Source: Octopus vulgaris (lineage: Eukaryota). Taken from it: a DNA stretch of 64,000 bases. The notes below the pieces were generated by a model. It saw only the letters and a program-made list of their open reading frames with translations. It was not told the origin of the DNA and made no database searches. The translations under genes and the position numbers were made by a program. Positions 27,251-40,842 of this stretch are shown piece by piece; position 1 is the first letter of the stretch; the number at the start of each line of letters is the position of its first letter. The stretch spans positions 38,626,001-38,690,000 of the forward strand of contig OX597838.1 of assembly GCA_951406725.2 (NCBI GenBank). Reading direction: 5' to 3'.

Positions 27251-27409
27251 ATATATGCATACATCATAAGTTTATGTCACGTTAGAACCGAAACCACGTG
27301 TTCCAAAGCCACCAATCAAAAAACGGTATAAAATTTTGTTCCAGCCCAATATTTATGTGAGTTTGTGTATTTACATGTGTGTATAAGTACATACAGGTGT
27401 GCATATCTA

Positions 27410-27415
27410 TTATAT

Positions 27416-27503
<88 letters not shown>

Positions 27504-27606
27504 TATATACATATATATACATATATATATACATACATATACATATATATACACATACATATATACATACATATACAAGTATACATATATATATACAAGT
27601 ATATAC

Positions 27607-27657
<51 letters not shown>

Positions 27658-27895
27658 CATACATATATATATATACATATATATATACATACATATATAT
27701 ATACATACACACACACACTCATATATATATATATATATATATATGCGTGTATATACTCATACACTCGCATACACACACACATATATACATACACGTATAC
27801 ATACAATATATATACACACACACACGTATTGTATATGTGTGTGTGTGTGTTCGCGCGCGTGTGTGTACACACACACACATATATATATATATATG
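27410..27895. repeat. (TA)n/(TACA)n microsatellite block
   Basis: Direct inspection. Confidence 0.9.
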
Positions 27896-28408
27896 CACGA
27901 CTGGTTAAATACACGACAGGAAAACCTTTTAAGCAATTTTGCATTCAGTCGCTCTTCGGTCGTTCTGACTTTTCTAACGACATGCCATGTTAGTGAAATA
28001 AGATATAAAGTGTTTTTAATGCTTCTAATGTGCATGTTGAAGGCCATCAGGCTAACTAAGCGTTTAGTGTCGTCCTATACATTCATTACAGAGTCCAGTC
28101 GGTTGTATTAAAATATTAGTTGCGGTTGAAAGAACATTTTATAGAACGGAGTCCAGTTTTCGGTTATAACTACTTTATTAGCAAGTTATGTTAGTTAAAT
28201 AACACTGGGGATTCTCAACTCCTTAAATGTAATTCGCTATGTTTTGAGTTTATGTGTGTTTCTTGGTGGCTTGTTAGTTAGAATGGGAAATGGCTTTATT
28301 GGATAGATAGCTAGATAAACGGAGAGAAAAACAGATACGTAGACAGGTCGATAGATGGATACATAGATAGAGAGAGATACATAGATAGATAGATATAGAG
28401 AGAGAGAC

Positions 28409-28447
<39 letters not shown>

Positions 28448-28476
28448 TAGAAAGATAGACAGACAGACAAACAGAC

Positions 28477-28560
<84 letters not shown>

Positions 28561-28561
<1 letters not shown>

Positions 28562-28885
28562 TGTTTCTTTATTAGCCACACAGGGCTGCACACAGACAGG
28601 ACAAAATTACAAGGTAGAGCTTTTCTTTTGGGGGTAAAAGAAGGGGGTTTGGTTTTCGATCAAAAGGGATCGTAAATGGAAAGAAAGAGGACAAAAAAAG
28701 GGGGGATAAAAAAAGGCGGGGGGAAGGAAAAAAAATTTGATCAATAGGAATCGTTATCACAGAAATGTCAATATGAAGTGTAAAGGGGAGGACAGGTGAG
28801 GTTTACCCGTGGAAAGAAAAGCCTACGGAAAAGACCACGGTAACCTCGGTCAATGAAGTCACATGTTATATTTCTTTTTTTTTTG
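28561..28885 (-). mobile_element. Probable LINE 3' UTR fragment inserted in (GATA)n
   Basis: Unique sequence between two (GATA)n tracts, ending ...gccctgtgtggctAATAAAgaaac on the minus strand. Confidence 0.45.
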
Positions 28886-28887
28886 CA

Positions 28888-28984
<97 letters not shown>

Positions 28985-29204
28985 GAGGTGGTGAGATACA
29001 TAAATACACAAAGAAATACATACGTGTATTATAGTGGTAGGAAATGCTACGAATATTGTCTATATCGTATGTAGTTGCACACGTGGTGTAGATGACCACC
29101 ACACCATAGAAACTTCGTAATGCAAAATGACAACATCTGAATGTATACAATTATTTGAATTATATCATGTGATTTGCCATATGGAGAAAAAAAAACCAAT
29201 GATA

Positions 29205-29277
29205 AGGTTCTAGCGAGTTTCGAACTCACGGCTTCCTACGTCTGAAGTAGACGCGGTGACCACTACACACGGAAACT
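29205..29277 (-). pseudogene. tRNA-Val-like pseudogene (array unit)
   Basis: GTTTCCGTGTGTAGTGGTCACCGCGTCTACTTCAGACGTAGGAAGCCGTGAGTTCGAAACTCGCTAGAACC. Confidence 0.65.
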
Positions 29278-29384
29278 TCATGATGAATGTACGAACTTCT
29301 GAATGTATATCATTATTACAATTATATCAGGTCATTATTACAATTATATCAGGTCATCCGCCAAATGGAGTAAAAGTATTAACA

Positions 29385-29457
29385 AGCATCCAACGGGTTT
29401 CGAACTCACAACCCTCTGCGTGCTGAGAAGAAGTGATGACCACTACACCAGAGAACC
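29385..29457 (-). pseudogene. tRNA-Val-like pseudogene (array unit)
   Basis: 73 nt, GGTTCTCTGGTGTAGTGGTCATCAC...GAGTTCGAAACCC. Confidence 0.65.
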
Positions 29458-29558
29458 TTCGGAATGCAAAGCGTGAAGTTCTGGACATATATCATTATTA
29501 TTATTATTATTACAATTATATCATGTTTTTCGCCATATGGAGAAAAACAGAATTAACA

Positions 29559-29631
29559 AGGTTCCAGCTAGCTTCGAACTCACGACCCTGTGAATATGAA
29601 GTAGATGTCATGACCACTACACCATGAAACC
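29559..29631 (-). pseudogene. tRNA-Val-like pseudogene (array unit)
   Basis: 73 nt, with acceptor GGTTTCA/TGGAACC and A and B boxes. Confidence 0.65.
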
Positions 29632-30914
29632 TTCGTCATGTAAGGAGCGAAGTTGTGAATATTTTATAATTCTGCTTGTCATTACGTTACTTAGACGTGG
29701 GTAAGGCTTTCGTGTCATTAGAGAAAAAGAGGGAAAAAGAAAAGAGGAAGAGAGAAAGGAGGGAGAGAGAAAAGAGGGAGAAAAGAGGGAGATACAAAAA
29801 CGGGAGAGAGAAGCGTCCAATACGTGAGGGAGAGGGAATGTGATTGTAACGCTTTCACGTGATTAGTTGAAGGGAAAGAGAGGAGAAAGAAAAGGGGGAG
29901 AGAAAAGGAGGATGAGGTGAAGAGTGAGACAAAAAGGAGAAAGAAAAAGAGGGAGAGAGAAGCGTCCATGATGTGAGGTAAGGGGAGCGTGATATTCATT
30001 ACTTGGATTAAAACGTTAGTTGAAGGTTGAAGAGCAGAGTTAAAAATATAATTTTAGCAGGGGCGGGGTGATGCTCTGAAGGTGAGTTTAAAGAAAGGAG
30101 GAGAGAGGAGAGAGGGGGAGAGAGAGAGGGGGGAGAAAGATATGATGGTGGTGGTGTTGGTGGCGGCGGCGGCGGCGGTGATTAGTGAAAAGTGTAATTT
30201 TTTAATTGAACTAAGTTTTTTTTTATATATAACTTATGACTTAACGCATGCGCATAAGTGCAATTCCGTGAAATATTCACGTTTATTTGCGTGGCAGATA
30301 ATGCAATTTAACTAAAGGTTGTATCACATGCACGGGATATTTATTTTTATTTTGTTTATGGGGGAAATGGAAAAATAAGAGTGAATATTTATGTGTGCTA
30401 TGTAGGGCGTAGGATTGGCTGTGTGGTAGGTAGCTTGGTTACGAACCACATGGTTCCGGGTTCAGTCCCACTACAGTCAAACGACTGAAGCAAGTAAAAG
30501 AGTAAAAGAGTATGTATTAAGCCTATAAAATTGTGCATAAAGTATATACAGTGTATTAAGTAATCATCAGGTTGCAATTTCTTTCTCTTTTCAATGAGTA
30601 ACAGATGAGCGACCATCTTTCCATACAGACACAATACAGGCTGCGCTTTCAGGTTTTTGGATAAAGTCTTCAGAAATAACCCAATAGGTTAACTATTAAT
30701 TCCGTGAAATAGTCACGGGTCCCACTAGTATATATCAATATCATAATTATATCATGTCATTCGCTATATGGAAAGAAAATGGATTAGCAAGATTCCAGTG
30801 AGTTTCAATCTCATGACACCATGGAACCTGTCTCATGCAGAGCGTGAAGTTCTAAGTCCTCCCATAAATAATGCGGGTTTTTTTAAACTTATATTTTTCA
30901 AAATTAATATACTC

Positions 30915-31165
30915 AAACAATTGCAGCGTGGAAGGTGTTTATAAGCCCTTTAAGAAACACATAAAAACCGTTAGATTCACTTCAGCATTTAAATTTAATT
31001 TGCCAAAATATTTTCGTCGCTTTGAGGCCGCGACCTATTCACTGACAAAATTCCGTGCAGCGACGAAAATATTTTGGCAAATTAAATTTAAATGTTGAAG
31101 TGAATCTAACGTTTTTTGTGTGTTTCTTAAATGGCTTATAAACACCTTCCACGCTGCAATTGTTT
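30915..31165. repeat. Near-perfect inverted repeat, ~107-bp arms, 37-nt spacer
   Basis: 30915-31021 is the reverse complement of 31059-31165. Confidence 0.92.
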
Positions 31166-31221
31166 TCGTTCCAGCACACGATCTCAGATCAGGTCACTTG
31201 CTAATTTAATCAAAGTCTTTT

Positions 31222-31310
31222 TTTTTAATCTAAAATATACTCTCCTTCATTTTCTGCAATGCTCTTCCACCTACCTGGTAGACTTGAAAGGTTCCTCTTC
31301 CAAAGTTTAC
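31222..31310 (-). pseudogene. Mariner transposase C-terminal remnant
   Basis: Minus-strand translation LWKRNLSSLPGRWKSIAENEGEYILD*. Confidence 0.6.
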
Positions 31311-31336
31311 TTATCCTTGACGAAAAATAGGGATAT

Positions 31337-31391
31337 CCACAAACCAAGTTTTGGCTTTTGGGTATTTAAACCCTGAGCCTCGTCAGTGTGG
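31337..31391 (-). ncRNA. Hammerhead motif with GAAA->AAAA mutation
   Basis: CCACA-CTGACGA-GGCT..GGGT/ACCC..AGCC-AAAA-CTTGG-TT-TGTGG. Confidence 0.65.
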
Positions 31392-31598
31392 CCTACCCGG
31401 TGATAATCCATAACTGTCAAGTTATATGTATATAAATATATATACGTATAATAATGGATGACCACTAAGTGGACATCCAATATGCTAGAAGAAGATCCCC
31501 TACGATCTAACCGCAAAGAAGAGAATGTTCTCTAGAGAAATTCAGCAAATACCAGAACATAAGTAAGACAGATGAAAATATACAAAAATAAAGAATTA

Positions 31599-31666
31599 AT
31601 CGTAGACCGTTTTCGTCATTAACAAATTTACTTACATAGCATCGTCCGTGGACTCTTCAGTACGAT
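31599..31666 (-). ncRNA. Type I hammerhead ribozyme
   Basis: ATCGTA-CTGAAGA-GTC...GAC-GAAA-ACGG-TC-TACGAT, with a 6-bp stem I and GUC site. Confidence 0.78.
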
Positions 31667-31890
31667 CGTTCCAATTCAATATAATTTGTAGAACTATATA
31701 CGGATTGTCCTCGTAAAATTAGACATGTGTATAGTTCTACCGATTACATTGGGGTTATTTTCAAATGCATAAGTTCTGGCGCGCTAAATCCCGGAAACAG
31801 TTCCGCAGTAGATAATTCACTGCAGTTAATGTTGCCGATTAGAGAACATAATTATTTAAATTTTATATGTGTGTGTGTGTGTGTGTGTAT

Positions 31891-32222
31891 AGGCGCAGGA
31901 GTGGCTTGTGGTAAGTAGCTTCCTTACCGGCTACTGCGTGGCACCTTGGGCAAGTGTCTTCTACTAATAGCCTCGGGCCGACCAAAGCCTTGTGAGTGGA
32001 TTTGGTAGACGGAAACTGAAAGAAGCGTCTGTGTTTGTCCCCCACAACATAGCTTAACATCCAATGCTGGTGTGTTTACGTCCGCGTGACTTAGCGGTTC
32101 GGCTTAGACTGATAGGATAAGTAAAAGGCTTACAAAAAAAAAAGTCCTGGGGTCGATTAGCTCGACTAAAATCGGTGCTCCTGCATGACCGCAGTTAAAT
32201 GATTGAAACAAGTAAAAGAGTA
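31891..32222 (+). mobile_element. SINE family A (internal deletions)
   Basis: Homology. Confidence 0.8.
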
Positions 32223-32342
32223 ACAGAACATATATATATTACAGAACATATATATATATGAAATAATATGTTACAATTATTCAATAGTCAAGATAAAACT
32301 CTGAGTTTCGGGTGCCGAAGTGGAAATCCACAACACCATATC

Positions 32343-32421
<79 letters not shown>

Positions 32422-32445
32422 GATAAAGCAGCGAAATGTCAACAT

Positions 32446-32860
32446 AGGCGCAGGAGTGGCTGTGTGGTAAGTAGCTTGCTAACCAGCCACATGGTTCCGG
32501 GTTCAGTCCCACTGCGTGGCATCTTGGGCAAGTGTCTTCTGCTATAGCCCCGGGCCGACCAATGCCTTGTGAGTGGATTTGGTAGACGGAAACTGAAAGA
32601 AGCCTGTCGTATATATGTATATATATATATAAGTGTGTGTGTATATGTTTGTGTGTCTGTGTTTGTCCCCCTAGCATTGCTTGACAACCGATGCTGGTGT
32701 TTTTTACGTCCCCGTCACTTAGCGGTTCGGCAAAAGAGGCCGATAGAATAAGTACTCGGCTTACAAAGAATAAGCCCTGGGGGTCGATTTGCTCGACTAA
32801 AGGCGGTGCTCCAGCATGGCCGCAGTCAAATGACTGAAACAAGTAAAAGAGTAAAAGAGA
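32446..32860 (+). mobile_element. SINE family A, full length
   Basis: Complete copy. Confidence 0.9.
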
Positions 32861-32884
32861 GAGAGACAGACAGACAGATAGACT

Positions 32885-32956
<72 letters not shown>

Positions 32957-33060
32957 CATACATACATACATACATACATACATACATACATACATAGATT
33001 TCTGTGTGTTTGTGTAAGTAAGCATGTATTTATACTTACATACATTTATTTACATGAAAC

Positions 33061-33458
33061 AATGTTGTTGACAGTGACTATGAAGTTTCGGCCAGCGATC
33101 CCATCGTCGAGTGCGGTGCATTAAGGCTTTGTCTCACCTTTGTATTGTCTCCATTAAGTTAAAATAATTTTCGGCTGTGTGGGTTTTGAGTAGGATGGTG
33201 ATTAGGTTTTTATGGTTGGTTGTTATGGAAAGGTGTTTTGGAAAATTTTTTATTGATAATAATCGATAAAATTACTTTTCAAAGCACCTTTTCATAACAA
33301 CCGACTTCAAAAACCTAATTACCACTCCACTCAGACCCACATACCCAAAGATGATTTCAACTTAACAGAGACTGTATAAAAGCCAGACCAACTCCAATGC
33401 ACCGCAGTCCGACGATGGCCTAGTGGGTCGATACTTCGAAGTCACTGTCAATAATATT
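33061..33458. repeat. Long imperfect palindrome, ~197-bp arms
   Basis: Arms align end to end around a loop at ~33258-33261. Confidence 0.9.
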
Positions 33459-33504
33459 CTTGTTATAAAAATAATAAATTTGTACTCGACTAAAGTATAG
33501 AGTG

Positions 33505-33627
33505 CACATATTCTTTGTAAGCCTTGTACTTATTCTATCGGTTTCTTTTGCCGAACCGCCAAGTTACGGGCAAGTAAACACACCAGCATCGATTTACAAG
33601 CGATGGTGGAGGGACAAAGAGAGACAC

Positions 33628-33688
<61 letters not shown>

Positions 33689-34430
33689 TGTATGTATGTA
33701 TGTATGTATATATGCATGTATATATATATATCTCTCTCACTCCTCCTCATCTCTCTCTCAGCCGGCTAAATACTTCCTTTTGCATGCGGCCTTCTAACTG
33801 TAAACACACGGTTTTCTTGCGCTCCTTGAATCTCTTCTCGTCTAGGCAAAAAAATGCCTTCTTTGGTTGTTTTCTTGTGTGTTTTTATTTCTTGTATTGT
33901 ATTTTTTTTGTAATTGTATTTTTATTTTGTATTTTATTTTGTATTTTATTTTGTAATTTTATTTGTATCGTTTTTACGTCCTGTTTGTGTCACATTTTGT
34001 TCTTTCCTTGTTTTTACCCCTCTGCGAAGTAATTTCTTTTAATTTCTTCGCAGGAAAGGCTAGTTCGACGAGTCGTGTTCTGTCCTCACCTTCGAAACAC
34101 GCTGGTGTTGAACTAGGGACAGCTGATGAAGGGGATTTTTCCTTGTGTAGTTTGTCTAGTACTCTGTTTTTTCTTTGTAAAAATAGGTTCGTTCCATGCT
34201 TATTTTTACGTTTTCCTTCTCGTTGAGTTCTGCGTCTATTTGTGGTGTCCTGTCCTCACGTGTATATATTTATATATGCATGTATATATACATGTAGATG
34301 TAGGTACGTACATATATGTATGTATGTATGCATATATTTTATTTATTACACTATTGTATGACTGAGCGCCTTCGCGTCGATTCGATTCGATTCGTTCCAT
34401 TTCGTTTCGTTTCTTCTTCTTCTCCCAGTA

Positions 34431-34496
<66 letters not shown>

Positions 34497-34656
34497 GACA
34501 GTCTTCTTTCAGTTTCCGCCTACCGAATCAGCTCACGAGACTTTGGTCGGCCCAAGGATATAGTTGAAGACATTTGCCCAAGGTTCCACGCAGTGGGACT
34601 CAACCCGGAACCATATGGTTGGGAAGCAAGCTCCTTACCACTCAGCCACTCCTGCA
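33505..34656 (-). mobile_element. SINE family A split by a ~700-bp insertion in its internal microsatellite
   Basis: 3' part 33505-33630, 5' part 34495-34656. Confidence 0.7.
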
Positions 34657-34658
34657 CC

Positions 34659-34703
<45 letters not shown>

Positions 34704-35004
34704 TTGGGGGTGCTTGACTGGCTATCTGTTGGACATCCCCATCGTTTTACAAACGGTGCTGGTTTGTTACGTCCTTGTTAGCTAGCGGTTCGACAAAAGA
34801 GACTGAGATTTTTAAATGAGTACTTAGTTCGATTTCTTTGACTAAACCCTTCAAGGCCGTGCTCCAGAGGAGAGGAATGTCGACTACATTGGCCTCAGGG
34901 CGGAAGTGTTGTTCACTTCATAGACCCGAAAAGGATGAACTGCAAAATCGAACGTAAAGCTGGTAGAAATGTCGTTACTTTGCCTGACATTTCGCTGCCT
35001 TATC

Positions 35005-35070
<66 letters not shown>

Positions 35071-35085
35071 TAATAATAATAATAA

Positions 35086-35852
<767 letters not shown>

Positions 35853-35865
35853 GATAATAATGATG

Positions 35866-35925
<60 letters not shown>

Positions 35926-35999
35926 GTTGTTTCTTATCTTGGCACAGGGAAGGAAAATTCGGGGTAGGGGTAAATTGACCACATCGATCCCGGCTACTT

Positions 36000-36125
36000 A
36001 TTTTATCGACTCCAATAGGATGAAAGGCAAAGCCGATCTCGGTGACGTTTGAACTCAGAATGTAAAGACGGATGAAAGGCTACTAACCATTTTGTCCGGC
36101 GTGTGAACGCTTTCTGCCACCTCGC
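36000..36125 (-). mobile_element. SINE family B (diverged)
   Basis: Homology. Confidence 0.65.
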
Positions 36126-36145
36126 GATTAATGATAAAGATAACG

Positions 36146-36204
<59 letters not shown>

Positions 36205-36205
<1 letters not shown>

Positions 36206-36406
36206 GGGTGTTTCGTTCAACATCCTTAAACAACCCTTGTTAAGACCCTTTTGAGCGGGATGAGTTACTCGACCAGAAGAAAATTCTAACTGGGCTCCAC
36301 CTGCAAGGTCGTGTGCCCTTATCAGACGGGTAGTCATGATGGGTATACTGGGCTTCGTATATTTTACCCCAGTATCACTTTGATGGCATGCACTGCTCTC
36401 TCACTC

Positions 36407-36407
<1 letters not shown>
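36205..36407 (+). mobile_element. Family C copy, truncated and internally deleted
   Basis: Homology to 11937-12205, with (AAT)n on both sides. Confidence 0.7.
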
Positions 36408-36449
<42 letters not shown>

Positions 36450-36479
36450 GGTGTAGAATCAGCAACAACAGTAGCAGCT

Positions 36480-36548
<69 letters not shown>

Positions 36549-36665
36549 ATGGTGGTGGTGGTGGTGGTGGTGGTGGTGGTTGTTGTAGTAGTAGCAGCAG
36601 TAATAGTAGTAGCATTAGTAGTAGTAGTAGTAGTAGTGATGGTGGTGGTGGTGGTGGTGGTGGTG

Positions 36666-36738
<73 letters not shown>

Positions 36739-36781
36739 AGGTTGTACTAGTTAAAAGGGAAGCAAATAAAGGAAGAAATAG

Positions 36782-36812
<31 letters not shown>

Positions 36813-37578
36813 AAAAAGAAAGAAAGAAAGAAAGAAAGAATGAAGAAAATAAAGGAAGAAATAGATAAAGAAAGAAAGAAAGAAAAAAGAAAGAAAGAAA
36901 GAATGAAGAAAAGAAAGGAAGATGTGGCAGAAGAAGTGGAAGGGAAAGGGGAGACGACAACAACCACAAGATTAAATGAAAAGAACTGAAGATTGAAGGA
37001 AAACAGAAATGAATAAAAGAGGAAAAAAAGTACTGCGACAACCAACATAAGCCACTACTAATACTAGTACTACCACTACTAATCCTACTACTATTACTAC
37101 TACAACTACTACTACTTCTAGTAGTAGTAGTAGTAGTGGTATTACTATCACAAAATGATTAAAAGAAAATGGTGGACAACCGTTGTGTAATAAAACAAAA
37201 TGTGAACATTGACAACAACAACGAGAACAACAGCTCATACAACCACAACAACAAATACAACAACGCCAACCATAACAATAACAACAACAAAAGCTATATG
37301 AAGACAAGAAATCCGAATTAGAAGAAAGGGATAACAAAGAACAGACAAAAAAAAATGGGTAGCTTTTAATTTTTATATTAATATGATTTATTGTAAATAA
37401 CCAACGGAAAGGGGAAAAGAAAGGGAGAACGAAATAAAAAAAGAAAGAAAGAAAGGCAGAAAGGGTTCCCTTATTATTATTGCTATTATTATTGTGGTTA
37501 TATTATTATTATTATTATTATTATTTTATTACTGTTATCATTATTATTAGTTTACTATTATTATTATTATTATTATTA

Positions 37579-37628
<50 letters not shown>

Positions 37629-38029
37629 GCGTAATGGACTCTACATTTTTGATCACGAGTGAATGGAAGTTTATAAATATGGCTAAAGTCATTGAAAGTC
37701 ATTGAACAGCTTGAAAGGAGTGCTGTACGGTTGGTGGAGTGAAAGCGTTCGAATAACTGGAAATTATGATCCGTAAAAATACTGAATGTTCTCGAGTGGA
37801 AGTCATAAAATTTCTTGGATCGAAGCTTGATCAGAGATTTTGACGGGACGGGACAGGGCGTGGGGGGCGGAGCGGGGCCTTTTGCAGTGGGGAGGGAGAG
37901 AGTGTTTTAGGATGGCGTGTGAAAAGGTGGAGGTTGGTGGAAAACTGGGAAGACGGTGGTCCGTGTTGCAGTCATTTTTCAGGGCGATGAGAGTTTAAGG
38001 CGGTGTGCTGTTGCAGACTGGTTTTATTT

Positions 38030-38253
38030 AGTGAGAGGCTTGCTTCCCAAACATATGGTCTCGAGTTCAGTCCCACTACATGGCACTTTGGGCAAGTGTC
38101 TTCTACTATAGTCCTGTGACCCGAAACTGAAAGAAGCCTGGCGTATATGTGTGTGTGTGTGTGTGAGCGCGTGTGCGTGTGTGTGTATGTATGTGTGTCT
38201 GTGTGTGTGTGTGTGTGTGTGTATGTGTGTGGTTGCGTGTGCGTATATGTATG

Positions 38254-38294
<41 letters not shown>

Positions 38295-38410
38295 ACACAC
38301 GTCCTCCTAGCGTAACGCTTTGGGACAAGAAAAATGTTAGTACTGGAGGTGGTGGGGCGATTTATTGGACAAAACTCTTCAAGGCGGTGCCCCAGTATGG
38401 CCGCAGCTCA
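38030..38410 (+). mobile_element. SINE family A (diverged)
   Basis: Homology. Confidence 0.65.
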
Positions 38411-38514
38411 AAAGACCTGAGATCGTGATTGACGACAGAGGTGTGATGCACACTAGAGTGTTTGAGACGGCGCGCTGTTACAAGACTGAGTCTCAGGGCA
38501 GAGGGTAACAAATT

Positions 38515-38860
38515 CGGGGCATGGCTCAGTGGTCAGAGCGTCGGGCTCACAATAATGAGGTAGTGAGTTCAATTCTTAGATCGGGCTGTGTTGCGTTCTT
38601 GAGCAAGATACTTTATTTCACGTTGCTCCAGTTCCCTTAGCTGTTGAAAGGATTTGTGATGTCACTGGTACCATGTTGTGATGTCACTGTATCGGCCCCT
38701 TTGCCTTTCCCTTGGATAACATCAGTGGTGTGTAGAGGGGAGGCTGGTATGCATGGGTGACTGTTGGTCTTCCATAAACAACCTTGCCCAGACTTGTGCC
38801 TTGGAGTGGAACTTTCTTGGCGAAATTCCATGGTCTTTCATGACCAAAGGGAGTCCTTTT
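38515..38860 (+). mobile_element. SINE family D-related
   Basis: tggctcagtggtcagagc...gagttcaattc...gttcttgagcaagatacttt. Confidence 0.65.
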
Positions 38861-40531
38861 TTTAAGACAATATTTTGGTAGAGTATTTAAGGCGTTGTTG
38901 TGTTGTTGCGAGGCGTGTTTGAGGCGATGCTATGCTGTTGCCAGGGAGGTGTGTGTCAAAAGTATGTTGTTTAAGTTGGTGTATTCTTTCAGGATGGGTC
39001 TCAAGTCGGTGTATATCAGTTTAAATGTTATGAAGGCGGCGTATTGTTCTAGGACTGAATTACATGGCGGCGTATATAAAATTAGTGTGTGTTGTTGCCA
39101 GATTGTGTCTGAGGGCGGCGAGTGTCAGTTTATCGTAGTTAAGGTTATGTATACTTGTTAGACTATGTCACAGGGTGACATGCATCAAGCAAGTGCACAT
39201 AAGACAGTGTGTTGTTGCTTGACTGTCTCATGACGGCGTGTATAAGTGTAATGGCCTAAAGGTGACGCTATGCTTTTTTTCTCTGGTAAACAAATACTTC
39301 AAGACAGCGGTTTGCATCAGGGTAGTATTAAGTAAAGTGGAATCTAAGGAAGATGGAGTGTATCAAGTTAATTGGATTTTTAGGCAATATCTTATTATAC
39401 AAAGGTGTTCCAGGAAAAATTATGTATTTTTAAAGTAGAGTGTTTAAGGCGATGTGTAATTTCAGAGCAGCAGACGATGTCTAATGCAGAACTTGCGCTT
39501 CACGTAAACTGTGTCTTTCAATGTAATGTTTTAGAATAGTTATCTCCTTTTCAATCACAGGAACCGAACAGTATGGGCTGCAAGCCACTAAGAGAAATTG
39601 TCTCCTTTATGATATTCCCATCATCGTAGCGCTAGTCGGCGCTAGGTAGCGTGCTTAAGGCGATGTGTTATTGCAGGGCGGTACTTCATAGCAGCATGTT
39701 TCAGATAGTATCCCAATGCAGGACTGTATGATTCATGAAAATTGTGTTTCAATTTAATGAGTTGAAGACTACGTGTTATTGCGGATCGGTATTTCCTGGT
39801 TGTGTTATTCAAAGACCGTTTTTCTATCGATTTGTTTAAAGCTGTGAGTTGTGTTGTTTGATTTGATGTTTTTTAGCATAATGCATTTTAAGCGATGCTT
39901 CAGGAATTTATATTAAAGCCAGCTCGTTACAGTTTTCACATCATAGAAGGCGTATTTAAGGCAACCTGCTGCCAGCTCTGCCTTATAAGCACATGATTAA
40001 GATGAAGTGTTTAACGTTACGTAATTCAGACTGAATAGTTTTCGGGCGGTGGTTTGTTTAAGGTGGCTTGTATTAAGGCAGAGCTTCAATGCGACACATT
40101 GAAGGAGACATTCCAACTAAAGTGTGTTGCATATGGTGTGTTTAAGGCGGCCGACCAGCTTTTACACGGTTCTCTTCGATCCATTAACGTTGATAGCATT
40201 TAAACTCAGAAGGATCGGATCGACCCTTGGTTCTTATATATTTTATAGACTCCCAAGTGAGCTAATACCTTTTTAAAAGGGGCGGGCGTGGGTGTGTAGT
40301 AAGAAAGTTGCTGCCTTACCACATGGTTCCTGATTCAATTGCACTGCCCGGTACCTTGGGCAAGTGTCCCCTATTATAAGCCTCGGTCCGACCAAAGCTT
40401 TGTCAGTGGATTCGGTACACAGTAGCTGAAAGAAGTCCGTCATATACACACACACACACACATAATATATATATATATGTGTGTGTGTGTATGTATGTAT
40501 GTATGTATGTATGTATGTATGTATGTATGCA

Positions 40532-40596
<65 letters not shown>

Positions 40597-40842
40597 ACGC
40601 TTAGCGGTGTTTCTTCCGACTTTACGTACTCAGTTCAAATGCCTCTGGGGTCGACTTAGCTTTTCTTCTTTACGGTGTCGATAAAATAAGTACCAGTTGA
40701 GCACTGGAGTGGATGTAATCGATTTACACACACTCCTGCGAAACTGCTGGCCTTGTGCCGCAATTTGAAACCAGTGACTGAAACAAGTAAAATATAGAAG
40801 TAAAACAATAGGGTCGCTGCGTCAGAACAGTTTAGATACATG

